The notes under the pieces were generated by a model, which was not told where the DNA came from, ran no database searches, and saw only the letters and a program-made list of their open reading frames with translations. DNA of 64,000 nucleotides from Octopus vulgaris. Lineage: Eukaryota. The DNA is taken from contig OX597822.1 in the NCBI GenBank assembly GCA_951406725.2, positions 63,674,001-63,738,000 on the forward strand. Reading direction: 5' to 3'. A program made the position numbers and the translations under genes. Below are positions 15,248-27,856 of the stretch, piece by piece; position 1 is the stretch's first letter; each line of letters begins with the position of its first letter.

Positions 15248-15751
15248 TGTGTGTGTGTATATACACATACACACACATATTTGTGTATATGTCTGTATAT
15301 GCATGTGCATGTATATATGTGTATGCATCATCATCATCATCCAGTGTTTTAAATCTGGGTTTTGTCCCCCCCCGTTCCGGGTGGGGGAGGAGGGAGGATC
15401 TACCTCAATGGGGCGTCCTCCTTTTTCAAACCAGCCCTTCTAATCTCCTCCCCCACCTGTCCCCTCCACTTGTCCCCTCCACCTCGCTGGCATGACTTTA
15501 GGTTCAGTGTGTTTTACTTCCACTATAACCCTGGGCTGACCACTTATAAGTGGATTTGGTAGATGAAAACTGAAAGAATTCCAATGTGTGTGTATATATA
15601 AGCTGTGTGGTAAGTAGCCTACTTAACAATCATGTGGTTCTGGGTTCAGTCCCACTACGTAGCACCCTGGACAAGTGTCTTCTACTATAGCCTTGGGCTA
15701 ACCAAAGCCCTATGAGTGGATTTGGTAGACAGAAACTGAAAGAAGCCTGTC

Positions 15752-15787
<36 letters not shown>

Positions 15788-16391
15788 TAAGCAATAAAGG
15801 GTTCAGCAACGAATTGCCTTACCACATACCGAATTTAGAAATAGCAGTCAAAGAGTTATAGCTATTTCTCTACTAAAAAGGGAGATCTCAGTAAAAACAG
15901 CAATTGGAAGGCAGACACAAACAGGTAAGAGAGAATGAATTGACGGCAATCTATCATACAATTTTAAGTTATCTACGGACGTACGTTTCGAAATCAAGTT
16001 TTTAGGAAAGCATAAGAATTAAATATTAAATAATTCTATCTTACCGAAAACTTCTTTCTCTTCAGCGTAGAATACTATAATCATAAATGATTATATATTG
16101 AATTTTGAGATACTAGAAGGCATCAACTCAACTCAGTATCAGAGCGAGCTAGAATCCGCAACTAGTATCACCAAATTCAATGTGTGAATGAAAAGATTGT
16201 GTCACCAGCCCCTTCCCACCCGCGTGTAGCCAAAACAAGATGCTGTGGTCATCTACTGAGATAAAATATGGTTATCCGTGATAATGAAGGGTGAAATTAA
16301 TTAATTTGGAATAATTATCAATTACACCAAGTAGTCAATACTTGGTGTAATTGATAATTATTCCAAATTAATTAATTTCACCCTTCATTAT
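15788..16391 (-). mobile_element. Penelope-like (pLTR-type) fragment carrying a hammerhead and a terminal foldback, inserted in the (TA)n of a SINE
   Basis: Unique sequence bounded on both sides by (TA)n. It contains the hammerhead at 15972-16071 and a 53-bp perfect inverted repeat, and splits a SINE-A copy (15603-15752 and about 16430-16643). Confidence 0.55.
15972..16071 (-). ncRNA. Type I hammerhead ribozyme with intact core and long stem II
   Basis: Minus strand reads TCTACG-CTGAAGA-GAAA..(long hairpin)..TTTC-GAAAC-GTAC-GTC-CGTAGA. Perfect 6-bp stem I, complete CUGANGA/GAAA core, palindromic stem III loop and a GUC cleavage triplet. Confidence 0.8.
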
Positions 16392-16647
16392 ATATATATA
16401 TATATAGATAGATAGATATGTGTATGTGTGTGTGTGTGTTTGTTCTCCCCCCAACCCCAACATCACTTGACAAGTGATGCTGCTGTGTTTACATCGCTGT
16501 AACTTAGCGGTGTGGCAAAAGAGACCGATAGAATAAGTACTAGGCTTACAAAGAAAAAGTCCTGAGGTCGACTTGTTCTACTAAAGGCAGTACTCCAGCA
16601 TGGCCACAGTCAAATGACTTAAACAAGTAAAAGAATAAAAGAATATA

Positions 16648-16701
<54 letters not shown>

Positions 16702-16728
16702 TAGAAAAAGATAGTTATGGCCAGTTTA

Positions 16729-16792
16729 TAGGGTTACTCTGGGTTTCGTGTCAGGAAAGCACTTAGCTTTAAATACGTCTTGTCAGACCCTA
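16729..16792 (-). ncRNA. Hammerhead ribozyme motif with a core mutation (CTGACAA)
   Basis: Minus strand reads TAGGGT-CTGACAA-G...C-GAAAC-CCAGA-GTA-ACCCTA. Perfect 6-bp stem I, but G8 is replaced by A. Confidence 0.6.
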
Positions 16793-17154
16793 ATGGCCCT
16801 GGGTAACCCCATGAAGCGGCCATAGCTATCTTTATCTACGTACTCTTTTGCTGTATAACTTAAACAGTTTGCTTCTGTTTCAAATTTACGATTTACTGAT
16901 AATAAAACAGATATGAATGTGTGTGTGTTTTGACATCGAATAATAACAAGCTGCGTTGTTTCTTTCCAAACTTGCAAAGAAATATGTCCGGCCACCTGCT
17001 GGGAAACAGGTGAGGGTTAACAGCAGAAAGAGCTACTTGGCATAGAAAATCTGCCTCAGTGGATTCCTTCTGACTCATGGTAGCATAAAATGGTAAATGT
17101 CAAAGCAATAATGATGATGATAATACATGTGTGTCTATATATACAAATCCATAC

Positions 17155-17189
<35 letters not shown>

Positions 17190-17215
17190 CATATACACCC
17201 ATTTATTTATATTTA

Positions 17216-17274
<59 letters not shown>

Positions 17275-17376
17275 TTACATATATTCATTCATATATATAT
17301 GTATATATATTTATATATATATACTTATATACTTGTATAATTATATGTATGTACCTATACATACACACACGCGATG

Positions 17377-17411
<35 letters not shown>

Positions 17412-17735
17412 CACACACACATAACTATATGTACACACACACATATTATCCATTTATATATATATACATACCCATATATATGTGTGTATATATGTGTGTG
17501 TGTGTGCATACATACATACACATACCTGTATGTATATATATATATATAATTTAGATTGAGTTGAATAAGGTACTTCAATTAGGTACTTTGTTACTCATTT
17601 ATATGTATGTATGTGTGTGTGTATATATATACATATATATGTATGTGTGTGTGTATATATATATATACATACATCATACACATACCTGTATGTATATATG
17701 TGTGTGTGTGTATGTGTATGTGTGTGTGTTGTGTG

Positions 17736-17770
<35 letters not shown>

Positions 17771-18502
17771 GTGTGTATGTCATTTCGTTTATATATTATG
17801 AAGCATTTCCTTTTATATAATGAAACCACATCGTAACTGAAATGTTAGTTAGTGCTAATTAATTAAGCTATCCTTAAAAGTCTATAATTACAAAAATTAC
17901 TCATTGGCTCATGGTTTTTCTGGTTCAAATTTATTTCAATGTTTGCACTGATTATCAATGCCATGGAAATGTCTTCTGATACTAATGCATCATAAGTAAC
18001 AGAAGGAGCACATGAGAATTGAGTGTATAAGTACTAGGTGGACATATACATCTTACAGCAGTAAGGTAGAAGAGTGTAAAGTAGTTTGTGCTGCTCTGTG
18101 TTGTTTGGATATGATTTTATTCCTTTCGGTGACTCCCTCATGCCATAATCTCTTCGTTGCCTTTGCTTTGGCGATGTTGGTGTCATTGCTGAAGGTATTT
18201 ATACAGGTTGCTGTTGTTGCTGTTACTGAGGAAGGGTTTGTTTAAGAGTATTACTCCTCCTCCTCCTCATCTCCCTTCCTCCCTCCATGTCAGCCACATC
18301 CCAAACCCAAGTATCAAACATATATGTGCATCATCAGCTGCCGATCAGATATCATTATAGTTTCAACACCACATAGTAAATGAAATACAGTTTTATAAAT
18401 GCTTGTCGTTTTCAGAGATTTCTTCTTCTCTTACAAAACTCAGCCCTCTACCATTCCGATATTATAAAGATTTTTATAATGGTTCTTCTCTTTGTGTTGC
18501 AG

Positions 18503-18681
18503 ATCTCCAGCAGAATATGGAGGATGAAGACTGGGATCCTCGAGAGCTGTTTGTTACAATAGGGATGCTAATTGTTGAGGCTCGTCTACCTGAGCTGTCA
18601 GCAAAAGGAAGAACTGAGGGCCCACACTGTCCTCAGTTCCCGAAGGTCAATAAGCATGTCTGTGATTACCAGGACATCAGG
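18503..18681 (+). CDS. FAM214A: ATOS/FAM214 homologue, first recognisable coding exon (probable ATG at 18517)
   Basis: Acceptor ttgcag at 18501-18502 and donor gtgagt at 18682. Encodes MEDEDWDPRELFVTIGMLIVEARLPELSAKGRTEGPHCP...KHVCDYQDIR, resembling the FAM214A N-terminus as recalled (EEFLVSLALLITEGRTPECSVKGRTESFHCP). Ends in phase 0. Confidence 0.9.
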
Positions 18682-18834
18682 GTGAGTAGAACTTTACAAC
18701 ATGCAAATACATGCATGCACACGCATATGCAAACATATACACATCATCATCGTCATCATCATTTAACATCCGTTGTCCATGCTGGCATGGGTTGGAAGGC
18801 AAGCTGGGGGCTGTGCCAGACTCCAGTCTACTTT

Positions 18835-18874
<40 letters not shown>

Positions 18875-19850
18875 GTTTCTTTCATATATAATATATACAT
18901 ATGTATACACACTCACACATGGTTGATGTTGTCTTGGATAATATATGGTCCAATAAGGTGCAGGCATGGCTGTGTGGTAAGAAGCTTGTTTACCATCCAC
19001 TAAGTTTCAGGTTCAGTCCCACTGTGTGGTGCTTTGGGCAAGTGTTTTCTATGCAAGTGTCTTCATATGCATCTGCACACTTACTCAGATATTGATGTAA
19101 ATGCACATGCACACACAAATATATATATGTAAGAGCATGCACACATACACACACACACACATATATAAATGCAAGAACGCATATATATAGATATGTATAC
19201 TCACACCGCATCATTCAGTCACGTACCTACATACACATAGAAATACAAGCATACATACACATGAGTGTATGCATGTGCACACACATACATGCAAGTGCAT
19301 ATGCACACATATACGTGTATGTACACAAATGCATTTACCTACCTGCAAACACACTTATGTACATATGTACACACTCATACACACACACATCTGTCTATAA
19401 CGTACATACATCTTATTTATATGTAAACTCTCACACATACACACACACATATCTATATACAAACACATTTGCATGTATGTATGTATTTTATTTGCTTCAG
19501 TCATTTGATTGTGGTCATACTGGAGCACCGCCTTTAGTCAAAGAATTTGACTCCAGGACTTATCCTTTGTAAGCCTAGTACTTATTCTATTGGTCTCTTT
19601 TGCCGAACCGCTAAGTTACGGGATGTAAACACACCAACATCAGTTGTGGGGGGACAAACACAGACACACAAACATATACATATATATATATATTGGAAGG
19701 GCATCCAGCTGTAAAAACTCTGCCAGATCAGATTGGAGCCTGGTGCAGCCATCTGGTTTGCCAGTCCTCAGTCAAATCATCCAACTCATGCTAGCATGGA
19801 AAGCAGACGTTAAACGATGATGATGATGATGATGATGATGATTGATATTT

Positions 19851-19887
<37 letters not shown>

Positions 19888-20659
19888 GTTTCTTTCAGTT
19901 GCTGTCTATCAAATCCATTCACAAAGCTTCAGTCAGCCCGGGGCTATAGTAAAAAACACTTGCTCAAGAAGCCACGCAGTGGGACTGAACTCAGAACCAT
20001 GTAGCTGGTAAGCAAGCTACTTACCACACAGCCACTCTTGTGCCTATGTATTTATTTATTTATTTATTTATTTGATGGTCTATTATTTAGAAGGTATTAC
20101 AAGTGAGATGTTGAAATAATCTTATGGATTAACCATATCTAATTATAGTGACATTATCATTGTTTCAGAGAGGATATTGTGAATACATATAACTGAGTTG
20201 AAAATAATTTGTGTTGTCTGAGATAATTATAAGGTATAATAAGATGCAGGCATAGCTGTATGGTACGAATGTTTTGATTCCCAACCACTTGGTTCTGGGT
20301 TCAGTCCCACTGTGTGGCACCTTGGGCAATTGTTTACTAATATAGCCTTGGGCTGAACAAGGCCTTATGAGTGGATTTGGTAGATGGAAACTGAAAGAAG
20401 CCCATTATACATATATTTATGTGTGTGTCATTGTGTCTGTGTTTGTTCCCTGCCACCACTTGACAACCAATGTTGGTTTCTTGACATCCCTGTGACTTAG
20501 CAGCTTGGCAAAAAGAGACCAATAGAATATGTACCAGGCTTAAAAAAAAAAACAAAAAAAAAGTACTGGGGTTGTTGATTCATTCAGCTAAAAGCTCTTC
20601 AGTGTGATGCCCCAGCATGGCCTCAGTCTAAAGGCTGAAACATGTAAAAGATGAATGAT

Positions 20660-21160
20660 AATATAAAAAGGATTTTACTGTTTGCAATGGTGTGTGAGAG
20701 ATTATAAAGCACAGTGGATATTTTAAAGAAATTTAGCATTTCTAATGTTATATTGAAGAGTATATGTGGTCTGGTGAGTATTATAAAGAGATCATATAAC
20801 CATTTTTGTTGTCTCAGAGAATATAAGGAAAAGTGATTATAGAAATGGAATTTACCGTTTCTGATATTGTCTTGATGAGTCTAATCGTCTAATGTATCGT
20901 GAATATTATAAAGAGATTGTAACACCTTATATGTCTTAGGGAATATAAGGTTAAGTGATTATATAAAATGGAGCTACCGTTTCATATGTGGTCTTGAAGA
21001 GTATAAAATATGATTAACATAAGGTATGGTGAATATTATAAAAGGATTATAACATTTATAATATTCTCTTAGAGAATGTAAGGTAAAGTGATTATATTAA
21101 GAATTTACCATTTCTGATGATTCCTTGAACACTTTAAATTATAGTGAATATTGTAACAAG
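20660..21160. repeat. Old degenerate tandem repeat, unit about 120-130 bp
   Basis: GTGA(G/A)TATT(A/G)TAA recurs at about 20775, 20899, 21029 and 21144 with shared downstream motifs. Confidence 0.7.
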
Positions 21161-21236
21161 TTTGAAATCGCTACATTGGCGTATCTTCTCTCCGTAGTTC
21201 TTTATCTCTTTGCAATCTGTGTAAATCTTCTCTGTA

Positions 21237-21620
21237 GGCGTAGGAGTGGCTGTGTGGTAAGTAGCTTGCTAACGAACCACATGATTCCGGGTTCAGTCCC
21301 ACTGCCTGGCACCTTGGGCAAGTGTCTTCTACTATAGCCGCGGGCTGACCAAAGCCTTGTGAGTGGATTCAGTAGATGGAAACTGAAAGAAGCCCGTCGT
21401 ATATATATGCGTGTGTGTGTGTGTGTGTCTGTGTTTGTCCCCCTAACATCACGTGACAACCGATGCTGGTGTGTTTGCGTCCCTGTAACTTAGCGGTTCG
21501 GCAAAAGAGACCAATAGAATAAGTGCTAGGCTCACAAAGATTAAGTCCTGGGGTTGATTTGCTCGATCGACTAAAGGCGGTGCTCCAGCATGGCCACAGT
21601 CAAATGACTGAAACAAGTAA
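21237..21620 (+). mobile_element. tRNA-derived CORE-like SINE family A (representative copy)
   Basis: Box A TGGCTGTGTGG, box B GGTTCAGTCCC, CORE-like GGCACCTTGGGCAAGTGTCTT, an internal (TA)/(TG) microsatellite and an A-rich tail. Other approximate copies: 358-546(-), 15603-16643(+), 19485-20045(-), 20246-20652(+), 22680-23070(-), 23155-23715(-), 27215-27575(-), 33098-33250(+), 52525-53035(+). Confidence 0.85.
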
Positions 21621-22514
21621 CAAAATATATATATATATATATATATAACTAAAATATCTGAGGCAAATTTGTTGGCATGGCTGTTTGATATGCTACATGC
21701 CTTAGAATATACCCACATGAACCCTGTTATTTCTAGCACAGTAAACGACTAGGTAGAGGATGGACTACCTTTTGAATTTGTTTTGTTGCATGGGTAATGT
21801 TGTTGCTGCTGCTGTTTGAGTCAAAGAATGCAAATTTATTTGTGGGGGGGCTGCGCAAAGAAGTAACTGAACAACATCTGCAAACATTTAACAGAAGATT
21901 TTATTATTTGCACATAATGACAAAGCTGAATTGGCCTTTTACAGATAACAACGGCAATAATTACATACTGGGGGAGAGATACTGCTTGGAGTGTACGGCA
22001 AGCTGTTGATACGGTAACATTTGGCTCCTCGAACATAACTGGAAACAATTGTAATACATTCATGGCAACAGAGGTTCCTGTCATTTATCTCTGTCATCTG
22101 TCTTAGCTGCCTTCCTGTGTTGTGTGGTTGGTAAAAATGTGTATTGAACGGCTTTTATTGGAGACCAGAAGTCAAATCTTAGAATGCTTGAGAAAACCTG
22201 TCCACACCATTGCTTGACTTTGATTGGTTGATTAATGGACCAATCGCATGAAACTGTGGTGGTTAAACTCATGATGTCTGACTGACTGCATATCTAGGAT
22301 TCAATTTCAAATTACTGCTACAGTTTTGAAAGAGAGATTAAGATCGTAGTAAAATAACCACAGAAACATTTTCTGATTGATTGAGTACTATTAGATGAAT
22401 GAAGGATGCAAAGACAAATCAGATGTGGCATAACAGAAAAATTATACAAATTGGGAATCAAATTTGTATATATCAGTTAGGGATTAGCAGAAAACTGTTC
22501 ACAGGTGGTCTCTC

Positions 22515-22645
22515 CACTAGCGTTGCTGGGTGGGTGGCAGGGTAGGCACTTTTGGGTCTGTTGTAGGCAATATGTTTTTTGTGGGGTCTGGGGGTGGAAA
22601 ATGGAAGAGCTGCCCCTTGTGGCACACACCCTAGCTACGCTAGTG
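22515..22645. mobile_element. hAT-like MITE (131 bp)
   Basis: TIRs CACTAGCGTTGCT / AGCTACGCTAGTG with an 8-bp TSD GGTCTCTC/GGTCTTTC. A related inverted copy lies at about 41567-41700. Confidence 0.7.
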
Positions 22646-23478
22646 GGTCTTTCTGCTAGTTATCTTTTTATTTTATATCTTTTGATTTGTTTCAGTCATT
22701 AAGCAATAGCCATGCTGGGGCACTGCCTTGACATTTTAGTTGAAGGAATCAACACCAGGAGGTTTTTTTTTTATAAGTCTGGTGCTTATTCCATTGGTCT
22801 CATTTGCCAAACCATTAGGTTATGGGGATGTAAACATACCAACACCAGTTGTAAATCGATGGTGAAGGACAGATACAGAGAGAAGAATATGCATGCACAC
22901 ACACACACACACACACATGATGGGCTTCATTCAGTTTCAGTCTACCAGATACACTCATGAGGTTTGGGTCAGCTTCAGGCTCTAGTAGAAGACACTTCCC
23001 CATGTAGTGGGATTGAACCCACAACCATGTGGTTGGAAAGCAAGCTTCTTACCATACAGCCACACCTGCACCAATAAAACACATTCAGGTGCCTGTGGTC
23101 GGAATGGAACCCATTCCTTCAAACTTCACATCAGATGTGCTACCATTATACTATTCTTTTTCTTTTTACTTGTTTCAGTCATTTGACTCTTGTCATGCTG
23201 GAGCACCGCTTTTAGTCGAGCAAATCGACCCCGGGACCTATTCTTTGTAAGCCTAGTACTTATTCTATTGGTCCCTTTTGCCAAACCACTAATTTATGGG
23301 GACGTAAACACACCAGCATCGGTTGTCAAGTGATGTAGGAGTGGGGGCAAATACAAACACACAAACATGTACACATACACACACATACATACATACATAT
23401 GTATATATATCTATATCTATATATATATATATGTGTATATATCTATATATCTATATCTATATATATACATATGTATAG

Positions 23479-23560
<82 letters not shown>

Positions 23561-24512
23561 CTCTCTCTCTATATATATATGACAGGCTTCTTTCAGTTTC
23601 TGTCTACCAAATCCACTCACAAGGCTTTGGTCGGCTCAAGGCTATAGTAGAAGACACTGAACCCAGAATCATGTGGTTGGTAAGCAAGCTGCTTACTACA
23701 CAGCTGCTCCTGTGCCTACAACCACTCCTGTGTATATATAAATAGTTAGAATTTTTACTCTGATTACTGTTGTCATGCAAAAAATATAATCTATATTAAT
23801 GAATATTATAGGGCAATCAGAATTTGAAATGACTTAGTGAGGAATCAAACTTGTAAACTGGGAAGTATGCAGCTTGGATCTCTTCCATCTGCACCACATC
23901 TATCTATCACTCTTGTACAACCACCTCTGCTAGTCTTTACAGTAGTTATTAGTTCCCACCCTTTTTCATTGCAGTTACCTCTCAGTAATATTTTGAGAAT
24001 ATATTTTGTTGTTATTAATAATTTGAACTTAATAACCTCTATAAAGAGTATATTCAATTTCCTGTTTGCTGGTCGTGTCATCATGGTAGGAGCGTAAACC
24101 CAGAAAATCAAAATCAAAATCGAAATCAATCAACATCAATGGAAATTGTAGCTGTGATACCAGTGCCGGTGGTACATAAGAGAACCATCTGAACATGGCC
24201 ATTGCCAGCACCACTCTGACTGGCCTCCGTGCCGGTGGCATGTAAAAAACCACCATCCGATCATGGCCGTTGCCAGGCTCGCCTGGCCTCCATGCTGGTG
24301 GCACGTAAAAAGCACCATCCAATTGTGGCCGTATGCCAGCCTCGTCTGGCACGTAAAAAGCACCCACTACACTCATGGAGTGGTTGGCATTAGGAAGGGC
24401 ATCCAGCCGTAGAAACATTGCCAGATCAGACTGGGCCTGGTGCAGCCTTCTGGCTTCCCAGACCCCAGTTGAACCGTCCAACCCATGCTAGCATGGAAAG
24501 CGGATGCTAAAC

Positions 24513-24544
<32 letters not shown>

Positions 24545-24790
24545 ATCCTGGGGTTTTGTTTTGTTTAGTAATCTGGGTGTACACTCCTACCATGATGACA
24601 CAACCAGCAAATAGGAAATTGAATATACTCTTTATAGAGGTTATTAAGTTCAAATTATTAATAACAACAAAAATAGCATGTAACAATGTTATTTCACTTA
24701 CAGTTCTATATTTAAGAGATGAGGAATTATGTGCATTATTTACATTATTATTACATTTGACGGATATTTGTCCTCATCTTGTTTGTTGTT

Positions 24791-24836
24791 AATACAACGT
24801 TTCGGCTAATATACCCTCCAGCCTTCATCAGGTGTC
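24791..24836 (-). ncRNA. Minimal type I hammerhead ribozyme in a tRNA-headed element
   Basis: Minus strand reads GACAC-CTGATGA-A-GGCTG..TAGCC-GAAACGT-T-GTATT. Stem III is the palindrome ACGT; stem I has one mismatch. Confidence 0.65.
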
Positions 24837-24895
24837 TTGAGGAAATTTCGAACCTGGGTTCTCATTCCTAAGGTATTTTTAGATGTTACTATTAA

Positions 24896-24933
<38 letters not shown>

Positions 24934-25063
24934 TCACTGCTTGGAATCACACTCGGAATCTTGGGGTTAGTAACCCGCGCTCTTAACCACTATGCCATAT
25001 GCCTGTAGGTTAAGAGCATGGGCTACTAACACCAAGATACCGAGTTTGATTTCAGGCAGTGAT

Positions 25064-25113
<50 letters not shown>

Positions 25114-25165
25114 CAACATCAAAAAATATCTTAGGAATGGGAACCCAGGTTCGAAATTTCCCCAA

Positions 25166-25210
25166 GACACCTGATGAAGGCTGAAGGTATATCAGCCGAA
25201 ACGTATTAAC
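25166..25210 (+). ncRNA. Hammerhead motif of the same family, with the stem I 3' arm damaged
   Basis: GACAC-CTGATGA-A-GGCTG..CAGCC-GAAACGTA-TTAAC. A 3-nt deletion relative to the 24.8 kb copy removes stem I pairing. Confidence 0.6.
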
Positions 25211-26012
25211 AACAACAAACACGATGAGGACGAACGTCCGTCAAATGTAAATAATGTAAATAATGTCCAAGTACGATAATGACAACTTACTGTTTGTTCT
25301 AAATTGTAACATATATATGTATGTATGTGTGTATGTATGTATGTATTTGTGTGTTTGTTGATGTTTGTCCCCGTAACCTAGCGGTTCGGCAAAAGAGATT
25401 GATAGAGTAAGTACTAGGCTTACAAAGAATAAGTCCTGGGGGCCGATTTGGTTGACTGTAACCCTTTAAGTTACAGCATGGCCGCATTCAAATAACTGAA
25501 ACTAGTAAACGAAAAATAACAGAACAAAACATAGTCTTTGGAATTAAGTTTCTCCATTAGCAACACAATAATTGAGAAATATATACAGTACAGATCATTA
25601 AGTCCAAAGTGCTCAGGCATGGCTGTGTGGTTAAGAAGGCTCACTTTGGAACAACACGGCTTTGGGTTCAATCCCACTGTGTAGTACATTGAGCAAGTGT
25701 CTTCTACTGGCCAACCAATGCCTTGTGAGTGAATTTGTGAGATGGAAGTTTGTTAGATGTGTAGATGCCTGTCATGTGTGTGACTGAGTTGCCCACCCCT
25801 GCCAGTTGAGAGCCTGTGTTGGTTTGTGTATGTCTCCATAACTTAGTGGTTCTGCAAAAGAACCTGATAAAATAAATACCAAATTAAAGACAATTAGCTC
25901 TGTAATTCATGGTAAAACTTTTTTCTTTGGTTTATAATCACATATACATGCATACATATGTATTTGTACATATATATACATACATTTATGTATATATGTG
26001 TGTGTGTGTGTG

Positions 26013-26093
<81 letters not shown>

Positions 26094-26245
26094 TATATAT
26101 TTGTTTACAAAATATAAATATAAAATTCATATATTTATATGTAATCATGTGCACATGATCAACCAGACTATCGGATGTTGTTACACATCGCTGCTCACAG
26201 TGTGCTTTGTATCGTTTTAACTTTCATATTCATATGTATGTATAC

Positions 26246-26289
<44 letters not shown>

Positions 26290-26605
26290 ATATGTGTATA
26301 CACATACGGCTACATATATATTATGACACATATACACACACACACACATACTCTCTCTTTTTCTGTCTGTCTGTCACTTTATACACACACACACATACAT
26401 ATATACATACATGCATATATATACATATATACATACATAACAACCATGTACGTATATAAACAAACATTTGTTTTACAGTGAGAGAGAGAGAAAAAAGAGA
26501 GTATGTATGTGTTTCACTTTACACACACACACACACAATATGCATGTGTCTGTGTGAGCTAGCTGTAACTTGACTGATTTTTTTTTTTTTTTAAATTCCA
26601 TTTAG

Positions 26606-26805
26606 TGTTGTGAAGCAAAGAAATTCAAGATGTATATGGAAACACTCTGGAAGAACAGTATTCCTATGTGTATAGAGCTACTTCTGTTTCCAAAATGCAG
26701 ACATAACCAGCAACAGACCGATATCATGTTCGTTGACAGTAATGCTGAACATGGTGGTGAACAATTCCTTTTGGAACGGTGGGATGTTAATATGACACCA
26801 AAAAG
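26606..26805 (+). CDS. FAM214A: ATOS/FAM214 homologue, coding exon 2 (200 bp, not in the ORF track)
   Basis: Poly-T tract plus tttag acceptor, gtaaat donor. Encodes CCEAKKFKMYMETLWKNSIPMCIELLLFPKC...EQFLLERWDVNMTPK, matching the recalled LWKNNLPIMVEVMLLP and LLLERW motifs. Phase 0 to 2. Confidence 0.9.
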
Positions 26806-27586
26806 GTAAATTTTCAATTCCAATTTTTTATTTCAAAAATGAATGATATAATTGCTGTTGTTGTTACTATTATTTTTATTTTCATCTTTCAATTTTGTTT
26901 CCATTTCTTGCTGGGTATCTTCCTGACACTTAGGGCAAAGAAACTCATTGTTTGCTTTGATAGGTCATTAGAATAAACACACCAGATTATTATTGTTGTT
27001 GTTGTTGTTGCTGTTGTTGTTTTTGCTATAAAAGGTGGCACGGTGGTAGTATTGTTAGCATGCTGGGCAAAATGCTTAGCAATATTTCGTCTATCTTTAC
27101 ATTCAGAGTTCAAATTCTGCTGAAGGCGACTTGACTTTTCATCCTTGCAGGCTCAGTGAAATAAATATCAGTAGAACACTGGGGTTGATGTAATCAACTT
27201 ACTCCTCCCTCAAAGACCCCAGGTCTTATTCTTTGTAAGCCTAGTACTTATTCTTTCGGTCTCTCTTTTGCCGAATCGCTAAGTTACGGGGACGTAAACA
27301 CACCACCATCGGTTGTCAAGCGATATTGGGGGGGACAAACACAGACACACAAACATACACATACACGTACATATATACGTACATATATACGTACATATAT
27401 ACGTACATATATATACATATATACGCCAGGCTTCTTTCAGTTTCTGTCTACCAAATCTGCTCACAAGGCTTTGGTCAGCCTGAGGCTATAGTAGAAAACA
27501 CTTGCCACGCAGTGGGACTGAACCCGGAACCTTGTGGTTGGTAAGCAAGCTACTTACCACACAGCCACTCCTACACCTATGAAATG

Positions 27587-27620
<34 letters not shown>

Positions 27621-27856
27621 ATGGCTTTCCACAGTTTCTCTTTACCTCGTTCACTCTAAATGCTTTGTTCAACCCGTGGCTCTAGTACAAGACATCTGTT
27701 CAAAGTGCTACACAGTAGAACTGAACTCAAAACCATGTGCTTGGGAAGCAAACTTCTTAACCACACATCTACTCCCCGTACCAGTTGATGAGTGTAGAAT
27801 GTTGTAGAAGCCTGATCACAGTGCTACGTTATTTTAAAATTATTTATTACCATTAT

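Larger units (their letters stand above)
24699..25267. mobile_element. Head-to-head pair of tRNA-head/(AAT)n/hammerhead elements
   Basis: Minus copy at about 24699-25003 and plus copy at about 25008-25267. Each has A/B-box-like motifs, an (AAT)n tract and a hammerhead motif. Confidence 0.7.

Noticed and set aside
16983-17015. ATG...GAAACAG|GTGAGG as a phase-1 upstream coding exon
   Set aside because: Lies in a dispersed repeat (related copy at about 32480-32600), so the donor-like motif is probably part of the repeat.
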